Assembly (NCBI GenBank): GCA_913062915.1
Contig: CAJXWH010000001.1
Span: 1 to 53,585 of the forward strand
DNA from: an uncultured Acidiferrobacteraceae bacterium
GTDB taxonomy: Bacteria; Pseudomonadota; Gammaproteobacteria; Arenicellales; UBA868
Direction: 5' to 3'
DNA: 53,585 nucleotides
Shown: positions 37,009 to 46,740 of the stretch, piece by piece
How the letters are laid out: each line of letters begins with the position of its first letter
Position numbering within the stretch: position 1 is the first letter of the stretch
Program-made: the position numbers and the translations under genes
Notes under the pieces: generated by a model
What the model saw: only the letters and a program-made list of their open reading frames with translations
Told to the model about the DNA's origin: nothing
The model's database searches: none

Positions 37009-37880
37009 ACATCCGGGACCTGTTGCTGACCCTTTCCGTGCCGGTCATCTGGGGGCTCGGATTCACTTTCGCCAAGGCTGGCATGGCCGAGTTCCCGCCG
37101 CTTCTTTTAATGGGGATGCGGTTCTGCATCGTCGCCTTTGCCCTGGTGTGGTTTGTACCTCGTCCCCGCGGGCACCTACGGTACATCTTCTGGGTCGCAC
37201 TGATCAGCTCGACACTGCAATACGGGCTCACTTTTACCGGCCTGTCGATGATCGATGCTTCACTTGCTGTGATCGTTGTTCATCTAGAGGTGCCGTTTGG
37301 CGTGCTGCTCGCTGTCATCATCCTGCGAGAACGACCTGGCTTGCAACGAATCGTCGGAATGCTGCTCTCTTTCTCCGGCATTGTCCTGATTGCGGGACAA
37401 CCCAGCCTCGAGGGCCAGATGTTTGCAATCTTTCTAACGGGAAGCGGCGCACTGGTGTGGGCCATTGGACAACTCATGGTCAAGCGGCTGGGAAGCGCTG
37501 TGGGCAGTTTCTCTCTGGTGGCCTGGGTGGGCGTGTTTTCGGGCCCCCAGATGATCCTGGCGTCGTTCCTGATCGAAGATGGCCAATGGATGGCGATACA
37601 ACAAGCCAGCTGGGTCGGGTGGGGAACGGTGGCCTACCTTGGAATTGTGATGACGATTCTTGGCTATGGTATCTGGTATCGCGTGCTTTCCCGAAATCCG
37701 ATGTCTCAAGTCATGCCGGTTCTGCTCCTCTTGCCGGTTGTCACAATTGTCTCCAGTATTTTGCTTCTTGGCGAACGCCCTGCACCTGCCGTGCTGGCAG
37801 GCGGCGCTGTCGTACTGGCTGGCGTCGCCGTCATCGTATTTACCCGCAACAACGTTCAGTCGAAACAGGATATAGCGTAA
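37005..37880 (+). CDS. DMT-superfamily (EamA) transporter
   Basis: 291 aa. About 10 TM helices. VPVIWGLGFTFAK EamA N-terminus. TTG start, with no upstream ATG in frame. Confidence 0.8.
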   Translation: MNIRDLLLTLSVPVIWGLGFTFAKAGMAEFPPLLLMGMRFCIVAFALVWFVPRPRGHLRYIFWVALISSTLQYGLTFTGLSMIDASLAVIVVHLEVPFGVLLAVIILRERPGLQRIVGMLLSFSGIVLIAGQPSLEGQMFAIFLTGSGALVWAIGQLMVKRLGSAVGSFSLVAWVGVFSGPQMILASFLIEDGQWMAIQQASWVGWGTVAYLGIVMTILGYGIWYRVLSRNPMSQVMPVLLLLPVVTIVSSILLLGERPAPAVLAGGAVVLAGVAVIVFTRNNVQSKQDIA

Positions 37881-38001
37881 CGATTATTCACCAAGCGTTC
37901 ACCCAATCGAACATAACGTAAGATCTTGTTGACGGTCATAACAACCTAATACGTTCTGAAACTATAATCACGCTCCTTTTCTCTTCCAACGAGTAATTTC
38001 T

Positions 38002-39146
38002 ATGCGGCGCCTCATCAAATGGCTATTAATTTTACTGGTGGTTGCCCTGATCGGCGCGGCAGGCTACTGGCAAGCCACGAAACCCCGTCCAATTTCGGTC
38101 ACTGTTGCTGCCGCCGAACCCGGCGTTGTTGAAAAAACTATCGCCAATACCCGGGCCGGCACCGTAGAGGCCTGCCGCCGTGCACACTTGTCTCCTAGCG
38201 CCGGCGGGTTAATTGCCGTTTTGAATGTTCGCAACGGTGATTTCGTTAGGCAGGGAGACTTGCTGCTGTCGCTCTGGAACAAGGATCTACTGGCTGAAAT
38301 TGAATTATCACGCGCAGAAGCGAAATCAGCCAAAGCCAATGCACGTGCGACCTGCCTCACTGCAGAAGTCGCACACAGAGAAGCCAATCGACTGCTAAAA
38401 CTGAAAAAAAGCGGCGCGGTCTCAGAGGAAACGGTAGACCGGGCCGTCACTGATGCGTCCGCGCGCCGGGCCAGCTGTGATGCAGCCGAGGCTAGCACTG
38501 CGGTTTCTGCATCGCGAGTGAACCTCATCCGAACGCGTCTTGACCGGACTCGACTCGTAGCGCCTTTTGATGGTGTCGTGGCCGCTGTCCATGGCGAATT
38601 GAACGAATACGTGACGCCCTCTTCCCCTGGAATGGGTGGTACGCCCACCGTCGATCTGATCGACACCTCCTGCTTTCATGTTACCGCACCGATTGACGAA
38701 GTCGATGCCCCTCGTGTGATGCTCGATCAAACTGCACGCGTGACACTCGATGCCTTTGGCAATCGGCAGTTTGCCGGCACGGTCAAACGAATTGCACCGT
38801 TCGTACTCGATCTCGCTTCGCAGGCCCGCACCGTTGAAATCGAGGTCGAATTCTCGAACCCGGCGGATCTTAGGGAACTGCTCGCGGGTTATTCCGCTGA
38901 CGTCGAAATCATCCTTGCTGCACGCACCGTGCCGGTGCGTGTTCCCAGTGAAGCCGTGCTCGAAAACCGTCGTCTTTTTGTGCTGGCTGGCGATACGATA
39001 GAAGAACGCGACATCTTGGTTGGCCTTTCCAACTGGGGCTGGACGGAAGTGCTGGAAGGAGTGACAGCCGACGAATTGGTTGTCACCTCGATCGACGTCG
39101 ACGGTGTGGTCGATGGCGCGTTCGCAGAAATAGGCGTCGACAACGA

Positions 39147-39150
<4 letters not shown>
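38002..39150 (+). CDS. Periplasmic adaptor (HlyD/MacA membrane-fusion family)
   Basis: N-terminal TM anchor. Central coiled-coil segment (LLAEIELSRAEAKSAKANARA...). Beta-barrel C-terminal part. Confidence 0.85.
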
Positions 39151-39824
<674 letters not shown>

Positions 39825-39835
39825 GAGACATTACG

Positions 39836-41044
39836 ATGCGACCGCCTGATGTCTTCGCCTTCAGTATGGGAGCATTGAGCGGTGCCCGGACCCGGACCTG
39901 GTTGATGCTGCTGGCCATGGCGATCGGCGTCTCCTCCGTGCTGCTGCTGACCGCAGTCGGCGAAGGCACGCGACGCTACGTCAACAACCAGTTTATGAAT
40001 CTCGGCAGTCACCTGTTGATCGTGATGCCGGGCAAATTGGAAACCACCGGGGGTCAACCGCCGATCCTGAGCGCAACCGAGGTGGACCTTACAATTGACG
40101 ACGCCATTGCACTGACTCGAAGCCATTCTATCCGCAGAGTCGCACCCTTGGCTCTCGGCTCGGCGCCGATCTCCTACGATCAGCGCGAACGAACGGTCAA
40201 CGTGATCGGTTCCACAGCCAGTTTGTATGAAGTAAGAAAACTCAAGATGTCTGCCGGCCGCTTTCTGCCAGGCGGCGATCCCACCCGTGGCGCGGCCATC
40301 GCAGTCATTGGGGATACGTTGAAAACCGAACTTTTCGGCAGCAGCACAGCACTTGGCCAACGAATCCGGATTGATGGGCAAAAGTTCCGGGTCATCGGTG
40401 TTTTAGAGGCAGCCGGCGCTGCGGGCGTGGGTATGGATCTTCGGGACACCGCCGTCATTCCCGTAGCGACCGCACAGAGTTTATTCGACAGCCCTTCGCT
40501 GTTTCGAGTCATGGTGGAGGCGGATGGCCACAATGCGATCCCAAGGGCAGAGAAAGCAATAATCGACATCCTTCGGGTTCGCCACAACGGCGAGGAAGAC
40601 GTGACCGTGATTACCCAGGACGCAATGCTCGCCACATTTAACACCATTTTGGGCTCTCTCACCTACGCTGTGGGCGGCATCGCAGCCATCTCTCTCGCTG
40701 TGGCCGGCATTCTGATCATGAATGTAATGCTGGTCGCAGTTTCCCAGCGCAAGGCTGAAATTGGCCTGCTGAAAGCGATCGGCTCACCTGGATCCCAGAT
40801 CCTGCGGCTCTTTCTTGCCGAGGCGACCATGCTGGCGCTGCTCGGCACCTTCGCCGGTCTGGTGCTCGGCTTTTCCGGGGTCTGGGGATTAGCAATTGCC
40901 CTGCCCGACTTTCCCATCGGCGTTCCCTACTGGGCGCCCATTGCAGCCACTGGCACTTCGCTTGCAACTGGCGTGGTGTTTTGTTTATTGCCGGCACGGC
41001 GAGCCGCGCGACTTGATCCCGTGCTCGCACTGGCGGGACACTGA
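39836..41044 (+). CDS. ABC transporter permease (FtsX/MacB-type, 4 TM plus a periplasmic domain)
   Basis: 402 aa. TM1, then a ~230-aa extracytoplasmic domain, then 3 TM. The FtsX C-terminal motif region is present. Confidence 0.85.
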   Translation: MRPPDVFAFSMGALSGARTRTWLMLLAMAIGVSSVLLLTAVGEGTRRYVNNQFMNLGSHLLIVMPGKLETTGGQPPILSATEVDLTIDDAIALTRSHSIRRVAPLALGSAPISYDQRERTVNVIGSTASLYEVRKLKMSAGRFLPGGDPTRGAAIAVIGDTLKTELFGSSTALGQRIRIDGQKFRVIGVLEAAGAAGVGMDLRDTAVIPVATAQSLFDSPSLFRVMVEADGHNAIPRAEKAIIDILRVRHNGEEDVTVITQDAMLATFNTILGSLTYAVGGIAAISLAVAGILIMNVMLVAVSQRKAEIGLLKAIGSPGSQILRLFLAEATMLALLGTFAGLVLGFSGVWGLAIALPDFPIGVPYWAPIAATGTSLATGVVFCLLPARRAARLDPVLALAGH

Positions 41045-41046
41045 CC

Positions 41047-42246
41047 ATGTTGACGACTGACTACGCTCGCCTCTGTCTGGCATCCGTCGTGTCCCACCGA
41101 CTGCGCAGCTTTCTCACAGGGCTTGGAATCACCGTTGGGATCGCGGCAGTCGTTTTGCTGACCTCTATCGGGGAGGGAATCCACCGCTTCGTGCTCGGTG
41201 AGTTTACGCAATTTGGCACGCACCTCATTGTGGTCTCGCCTGGAAAATCCAGCACCTTTGGAGTGTCCAGTGCGGTTGTAAATACCGTCCGACCGCTCAC
41301 TCTGTCGGATGCACAGGCTCTCGCCGTGCTGCCACAAGTGGAAGCCGTCACCCCTTTGGTGCTCGGCAATGCGCCAGTCGAACATGATGAATTCACCCGG
41401 TACACCAATATATACGGCGTCGGCCCGTCAATGCCTGACGTCTGGACGATGGGGCCCGCGTTGGGTCGCTTTCTTCCTGATGACAACCCCCGACACGCCC
41501 GGGCTTTCGTAGTGCTTGGCAGCACCGTGCGAGATGAGCTTTTCGGCCAGACCAATCCACTGGGCGAGCGGGTTCGGATCGGCAGCAGCAGCTTCCGGGT
41601 CATCGGGGTCATGGAGTCCAAGGGCCAGATGATGGGCGTAGATCTGGATGATGCCGTCTTCATTCCTGTTTATCGCGCCCAAGCCATGTTCGACCGCGAA
41701 GGTTTGATGGAGATTGATATTGCTTACTCTTCGAATGCGAACAGCGAACGAGTTTCTGAACGCGTCCGATCCCAGTTGATGCAACGCCACGGCGGGGAAG
41801 ATTTCACGATCCGCACCATGGATGAAATGCTATCGGTGCTCGATTCCATCCTTGGTGCGGTGACGATCGCAGTAGGCGGGTTGGGTGCAATCTCGCTGCT
41901 GGTGGGCGCGGTCGGCATCCTGACCATCATGACCATCGCAGTGAACGAACGAACCAATGAAGTGGGCCTATTGCGCGCACTCGGCGCTGGCAAAGGTCAG
42001 GTGCTCATGCTGTTTCTCGGCGAGGCGGTGGTGCTCGCCGTGCTCGGAGGTCTCGCCGGACTGCTGCTCGGTGCTGGCGGTGCCTGGCTTATCGGTTTCG
42101 CCATACCCGCTCTCCCAACCCATACCTCCTGGACTTATGTCCTGATCGCAGAAGCAGTAGCGGCCGTCATTGGTCTGGCAGCGGGTGTTGCACCGGCATG
42201 GAAGGCGGCCAAGTTGGATCCGATTGAAGCCCTGCGTACCGAATGA
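41047..42246 (+). CDS. Second ABC transporter permease (FtsX/MacB-type), paralogous to the preceding gene
   Basis: 399 aa. It has the same architecture and clear similarity to 39836-41044 (for example RVIGVLEAAG / RVIGVMESKG). Confidence 0.85.
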   Translation: MLTTDYARLCLASVVSHRLRSFLTGLGITVGIAAVVLLTSIGEGIHRFVLGEFTQFGTHLIVVSPGKSSTFGVSSAVVNTVRPLTLSDAQALAVLPQVEAVTPLVLGNAPVEHDEFTRYTNIYGVGPSMPDVWTMGPALGRFLPDDNPRHARAFVVLGSTVRDELFGQTNPLGERVRIGSSSFRVIGVMESKGQMMGVDLDDAVFIPVYRAQAMFDREGLMEIDIAYSSNANSERVSERVRSQLMQRHGGEDFTIRTMDEMLSVLDSILGAVTIAVGGLGAISLLVGAVGILTIMTIAVNERTNEVGLLRALGAGKGQVLMLFLGEAVVLAVLGGLAGLLLGAGGAWLIGFAIPALPTHTSWTYVLIAEAVAAVIGLAAGVAPAWKAAKLDPIEALRTE

Positions 42247-42256
42247 ATCGAAAACT

Positions 42257-42967
42257 GTGCAAATTTGTGACGAATCCATTGATCTCTGGACGATTCCTCT
42301 CTCCAACGCAGGGGATCGTTTTCAAGAACACGAACAGTCGCTTTCTACCGATGAGCGCCAACGCGCAACTCGCTTTCGAAGCGCCAAAGACCGAAGGCAC
42401 TTCACCTTGGCACGAGGCAGCTTGCGCTCGATTCTCAGTCAATATCTCGGAACACAAGCAGAAGCCGTACGGTTTTCTTATGGCACCCACGGCAAGCCAC
42501 GCCTCGCAAACACGCATGAGCCATCGCTCGAATTCAACTTGTCTCACTCCGGCGAATACGCGCTGTGCGCCCTGACCAAAAGTCATCCGATTGGGATCGA
42601 CATTGAAAAAATAAGAACCGCAGACCCTAACTATTATCTGCGGCTCGCGACACGGTTTTTTTCCAGGAAGGAGTTCGAGGCCATAAGCGCTGCCCCTGAA
42701 CACGAAAGAACACTCTTCTTTTTTGCCTGCTGGACTCGAAAAGAGGCCTATCTGAAGCGACATGGCCTCGGACTGCACCTGCCGTTGTCGGGCTTTACGG
42801 TAAACGTCGACTCCAGTGAATCAGCGCACCTGATCGACACACCCTGGCGACCCGAAGATCTTATGATCACCCGTCTTCAAGACCTGCCGGCACCACGTGG
42901 GTACCGGACCGCCCTCGCGGTCGCCTCACCTCAACTCAAGAACCTTCGGCATTACACCTCGAGTTAA
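42257..42967 (+). CDS. Sfp-type 4'-phosphopantetheinyl transferase
   Basis: Motifs: PIGIDIEKI and FFACWTRKEAYLKRHG. I suggest the in-frame GTG at 42257, 11 nt after the permease stop. The ORF-track start at 42170 overlaps the permease. Confidence 0.8.
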   Translation: MQICDESIDLWTIPLSNAGDRFQEHEQSLSTDERQRATRFRSAKDRRHFTLARGSLRSILSQYLGTQAEAVRFSYGTHGKPRLANTHEPSLEFNLSHSGEYALCALTKSHPIGIDIEKIRTADPNYYLRLATRFFSRKEFEAISAAPEHERTLFFFACWTRKEAYLKRHGLGLHLPLSGFTVNVDSSESAHLIDTPWRPEDLMITRLQDLPAPRGYRTALAVASPQLKNLRHYTSS

Positions 42968-43033
42968 CCCCGCAGCATTCCCGGTCGCCGCCGCAGGCCC
43001 CTTGCTTTACTCCTCCAGTGCCCACGAAGCCAC

Positions 43034-44479
43034 TCAGGATTCGTTCGAGCCGCGATTGAAATCGTCTTCATAACGGACGATGTCATCCTCACCAAGATAA
43101 CTGCCCGTTTGTACTTCGATCAATACAAGGTCTTGCTTTCCCGGGTTTTCGAGTCGATGCCGGGTGCCAGGAGAAATATAGGTCGACTCGTTCTCATGAA
43201 GGAGGAAAGTGTCTTGCCCACGGGTCACCAGTGCAGATCCGCGAACTACGATCCAGTGCTCAGCCCGTTGTCGATGCGACTGTAAAGACAGGCGCGCGTT
43301 AGGATAGACTGTAATTCTCTTGACCTGGAATCCTTCACCGGCATCCACGGAGTCGTAACTGCCCCACGGTCGATATACCTTGCGGTGTTGCTGATACTCT
43401 GGCCGCCCGGCCGCCTTGAGATCGGCAACAACCTGCTGCACTCCCTGCGCGTTGTCGCGACGCGTCACCAGCAAAGAATCTCCAGAATCGACAATCACGA
43501 GATCTTCGACACCCACTGCCGAAACCAGTGCGCGCTCGGAATGGATATAGGTATTGCGGGCCTGCAGGGTCATGACATCGCCGCGTGTCACATTGCCATC
43601 GTCATCCTTCTGCCCGATTTCCCAGAGCGCCTGCCACGATCCCACGTCACTCCAGCCGGCATCAAGGGAAACAACGACCGCCTTTTTTGTTTTCTCCATC
43701 ACGGCACAATCAATCGAGTCTGGCCTACACCGCTCGAAGCCAGACTTTGCCAGGCGCACGAAATTGCCGTCGTGTTCGGCTCCCTGATGTGCCTCGCGAC
43801 AGTGCGTCACCATATCGGGTTCATGCTGCTCGACCTCGGCCAGATACTGCTTCGCCCGGAACAAAAACATGCCGCTGTTCCAGTACCATGTACCCTCGTC
43901 CAGGTACTGTTGGGCCGTCTCAATATCCGGCTTTTCTACAAACGCTGACATGCGAAAAACATTTTCGTCTATCGTCTCACCGCAACGCAGGTAACCGTAC
44001 CCCGATTCGGGGCGGGTTGGTGGCACCCCGAACGTAACCAGGTAATCCGCCCTGGCCGCGGGTTCCGCTACAGCCAAGGCGTTCGCAAATTCGCGCTCGT
44101 CCCCTATCACGTGATCGGCAGGTACAACGAGCAAAAGGGGATCGTTGTCGCCCGCCATTGCCTCAAGGGCAGCGACCGTCGCCGCTGGCGCCGTGCCTCT
44201 TCCGACCGGCTCGAGCAATATGGGCCCACACACATATCCTGCTTCCTGTAATTGACCACGCACCAGGAAGCGATGCATCTCGCTGCAAACGATAATCGGT
44301 AGGGCGACGTTCGAAAGGTCGTTAAGTCTGCGCACCGTTTCCTGCAGCATCGAGCGGTCTGCCGCCATGCGGAGAAATTGCTTGGGGTGTCGCTCGCGCG
44401 ACAGGGGCCAGAGCCGAGTTCCGGTGCCGCCGGCGAGAATAACGGGAATGATGGTGTTACCCAACACAGTGCCCCTCAA
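43034..44479 (-). CDS. manC: Mannose-1-phosphate guanylyltransferase / mannose-6-phosphate isomerase (bifunctional type II PMI-GMP)
   Basis: 481 aa. VILAGGTGTRLWPLSR nucleotidyltransferase motif. C-terminal cupin PMI domain. The start is TTG 44479, or GTG 44467. Confidence 0.9.
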   Translation of the reverse strand: MRGTVLGNTIIPVILAGGTGTRLWPLSRERHPKQFLRMAADRSMLQETVRRLNDLSNVALPIIVCSEMHRFLVRGQLQEAGYVCGPILLEPVGRGTAPAATVAALEAMAGDNDPLLLVVPADHVIGDEREFANALAVAEPAARADYLVTFGVPPTRPESGYGYLRCGETIDENVFRMSAFVEKPDIETAQQYLDEGTWYWNSGMFLFRAKQYLAEVEQHEPDMVTHCREAHQGAEHDGNFVRLAKSGFERCRPDSIDCAVMEKTKKAVVVSLDAGWSDVGSWQALWEIGQKDDDGNVTRGDVMTLQARNTYIHSERALVSAVGVEDLVIVDSGDSLLVTRRDNAQGVQQVVADLKAAGRPEYQQHRKVYRPWGSYDSVDAGEGFQVKRITVYPNARLSLQSHRQRAEHWIVVRGSALVTRGQDTFLLHENESTYISPGTRHRLENPGKQDLVLIEVQTGSYLGEDDIVRYEDDFNRGSNES

Positions 44480-45273
44480 TACAGGCGAAAAGTCAACAAA
44501 ACTCCCGCCGTCCCGGCGAGAGCGATCAACGCCAGCTTGAAGAAAGCGACGCTGCGCGGGTCGGGTGAAGACGGGTAGCGCTCCGGCTCATCCTCCCGCC
44601 AAGGAATTCGCATAATCGGCCAGTATAGAAGCAGCAGCGTAGACCAAGTGAGCACTGCAGACCACAGTACATCCGACAGGAAATGCCCCCCGGCGGCCAT
44701 CCGCGCCACACCCATCAACGATCCAACAACGATCGAGGCGGCAAGGGCCGCACCGGCCCAGGCCGGATGCCGTCGGCGCCAAAGCAGGTAGAAAGCCCCC
44801 CATGCAAAAGCGACAGAACAATGTCCACAGGGAAACGAATTACCACTTTGCCCCGGCATCAGCGGGGGCACGTACACCTCTTCCCCGCCGAACGCCTGGA
44901 CATCACGGGGGCGAGGACGATCCCAATGGTCTTTAAATGCCGCGTTGATCACGAGTCCGGGCCCGATCATCACAGCTAAAAAAAGAAACGCTCCATACAC
45001 CCGAAACCGAACATTCGCATGGTGCACAATGCCAATGGCGAGGACCCAAAGACCCAGCAGCCCGAGCACAATCGTGAGCCACGGGGCAACCCAGAAAAAG
45101 AATCGCCAAAGACCCAACGCTCCTAGAAACCAGGGATTAGAACGGCCCGCTGAGCGGTAAAACCAGCCGGCCACCGTAAGGTCGAGAGAACTCCACCAAA
45201 ATGGCAACGTCGCCAGCAAAGTCACCACTACCAAACCGATGATCTCAGGTAACCAGTAACGACGATAAGTCAC
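44476..45273 (-). CDS. PAP2-family membrane phosphatase
   Basis: PAP2 motifs: KDHWDRPRP, PCGH, ARMAAGGHFLSD. I suggest a GTG start at 45273, because the ORF-track N-terminus (to 45357) is read through the tRNA-Arg gene. Confidence 0.8.
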   Translation of the reverse strand: MTYRRYWLPEIIGLVVVTLLATLPFWWSSLDLTVAGWFYRSAGRSNPWFLGALGLWRFFFWVAPWLTIVLGLLGLWVLAIGIVHHANVRFRVYGAFLFLAVMIGPGLVINAAFKDHWDRPRPRDVQAFGGEEVYVPPLMPGQSGNSFPCGHCSVAFAWGAFYLLWRRRHPAWAGAALAASIVVGSLMGVARMAAGGHFLSDVLWSAVLTWSTLLLLYWPIMRIPWREDEPERYPSSPDPRSVAFFKLALIALAGTAGVLLTFRLY

Positions 45274-45295
45274 AATGGATAACTTATTGACTGAG

Positions 45296-45372
45296 TGGCG
45301 CGCCCGGAGAGATTCGAACTCCCGACCTCGTGGTTCGTAGCCACGCACTCTATCCAACTGAGCTACGGGCGC
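45296..45372 (-). tRNA. tRNA-Arg (anticodon ACG)
   Basis: The reverse complement, GCGCCCGTAGCTCAGTTGGATAGAGTGCGTGGCTACGAACCACGAGGTCGGGAGTTCGAATCTCTCCGGGCGCGCCA, folds as a cloverleaf by hand. The anticodon loop is CTACGAA. CCA is encoded. Confidence 0.95.
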
Positions 45373-45503
45373 GGTGTTGGAACGTAGTGGGCGACAAAGT
45401 TTAGCACGCGCGCTTCACCCGCCAGCAGCAGCACGCACCCTCGAACGAAAACTCACGACGACAAGAAACATAATTCATTCTACTAAAGGGACACCTCAAA
45501 TGC

Positions 45504-45593
45504 TGGCGGAGAGGGAGGGATTCGAACCCTCGAAGGGTGTTAGCCCTTACTCCCTTAGCAGGGGAGCGCCTTCAGCCGCTCGGCCACCTCTCC
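45504..45593 (-). tRNA. tRNA-Ser (anticodon GCT)
   Basis: The reverse complement, GGAGAGGTGGCCGAGCGGCTGAAGGCGCTCCCCTGCTAAGGGAG...GGTTCGAATCCCTCCCTCTCCGCCA, has a long variable arm. It is a class II tRNA. CCA is encoded. Confidence 0.95.
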
Positions 45594-45815
45594 AGAAATT
45601 TTTCGTTTCTTAATTATAAGTTACTTAACGCAATACTGGTCTTTGAGTCTGATTAGAAAATGCTGTGTAGGGTAAAATTCACAATAAGCACCAAGCTTGC
45701 CGACACGATTGTTGGCTCTCTCGATACCCTGTGCTAGGCTAGCCCTGCAGCCTAGATCGAAACCCAATAGTTGTATGGCAACTTTCCTAAACTTATTCCA
45801 AAGGAGTTTATAACC

Positions 45816-46184
45816 ATGGCCTCACTTGAAAAGAAATCTTTTGACAATCCCGATGAAACCAAAACCCCAGACAAGACCCTCGCCCAAACTGTTAACTTCG
45901 GAACCGTCGCCGCGACAAAAATAACGGCACAACCCGGCTGGAGCTGGTCCGGTTGCATCAAACCACACGTCGGCGGTGACAGTTGCCAGGCAGGACATGT
46001 CGGAATGGTCTCAAAGGGCACAATACGAGTTAAGCATGACGACGGCACGGAGATTGTGTTAACCGCTGGCGATGCCTACTCGTTGGCCCCGGGTCACGAC
46101 GCTTGGGTCGAGGGAGACGAGGCAGTTGAAATCTATGAATTCAACAACACCGGCAAGACTTACGCAGTTTGGGAACAAGCCTGA
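45816..46184 (+). CDS. Small cupin-domain protein (122 aa)
   Basis: ATG at 45816 with AAGGAG 7 nt upstream. Beta-barrel cupin-like pattern (GTIRVKHDDGTEIVLTAGDAYSLAPGHDAWVEGDE). No canonical HxH metal motif. Confidence 0.7.
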   Translation: MASLEKKSFDNPDETKTPDKTLAQTVNFGTVAATKITAQPGWSWSGCIKPHVGGDSCQAGHVGMVSKGTIRVKHDDGTEIVLTAGDAYSLAPGHDAWVEGDEAVEIYEFNNTGKTYAVWEQA

Positions 46185-46305
46185 AGATCACACCACTGTT
46201 TACGACTCGCTGTCCCTGCTGTGAGTAAAAGAAGATAGCCAAGCAGTGCGACCCGTTCGTCGGTCGCGACAACTAGGGCCACGAGGCCTAGAGCAGAAAG
46301 TAATC

Positions 46306-46335
46306 GACCCAGGCTCGGCCTGGGTCTTTTCTTTC
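46306..46335 (+). terminator. Rho-independent terminator of the cupin gene
   Basis: gacccagg / ctcgg / cctgggtc, an 8-bp GC-rich stem followed by ttttctttc. Confidence 0.8.
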
Positions 46336-46404
46336 ACTATTGTTGGGGCAATGAGGGGCAAATCAATCGAATTAAATCGGGTTCAGCCGCTGACTTATAC
46401 CTGA

Positions 46405-46620
46405 TTACGAATATTCGGTCGGGCTCTCGTCCCCGGCCTTATCAATTTCCCGGTCCACATTCTCGTGAATCCGGTCATAGACTTCTTCACGGTGCACCGG
46501 CACTTCCGCGGGGGCATGAATTCCCATACGAATCTGATTGCCGCGCACACCGAGCACTGTTACCCGAATGTCATCGCCGATTTTCAGGGACTCCCCGATC
46601 CTTCGCGTCAGTATCAGCAT
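46405..46620 (-). CDS. csrA: Carbon storage regulator CsrA/RsmA
   Basis: [48 protein letters not shown] is canonical CsrA. A strong SD (GAGGAGG) is present. Confidence 0.97.
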   Translation of the reverse strand: MLILTRRIGESLKIGDDIRVTVLGVRGNQIRMGIHAPAEVPVHREEVYDRIHENVDREIDKAGDESPTEYS

Positions 46621-46740
46621 CCTGCCTCCTCGCTTCTCGCTTTCCGTGCGATGCGACCACGGGGTGTTGAATGCACATCTTCACTGCAGGCGAAGTTTAC
46701 ACGATTCACTCACGTTCAAAGACGTTGCGCGGGCCACATC

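Noticed and set aside
37148-37921. 257-aa plus-strand ORF in another frame.
   Set aside because: It overlaps the EamA transporter frame, which has convincing TM helices. The alternative frame is Arg/Gly/Trp/Cys-rich.
37928-37968. TTGACG ... TATAAT upstream of the adaptor gene, considered as a sigma-70 promoter.
   Set aside because: The -10 hexamer (37963-37968) is perfect, but the TTGACG lies 28 nt upstream, which is too far. No acceptable -35 sits at 17 nt, so I do not call it.
45274-45357. N-terminal 28 aa of ORF 44476-45357 ([21 protein letters not shown]...).
   Set aside because: This stretch is the translation of the tRNA-Arg gene, the classic FESL read-through signature. The PAP2 gene more likely starts at GTG 45273.
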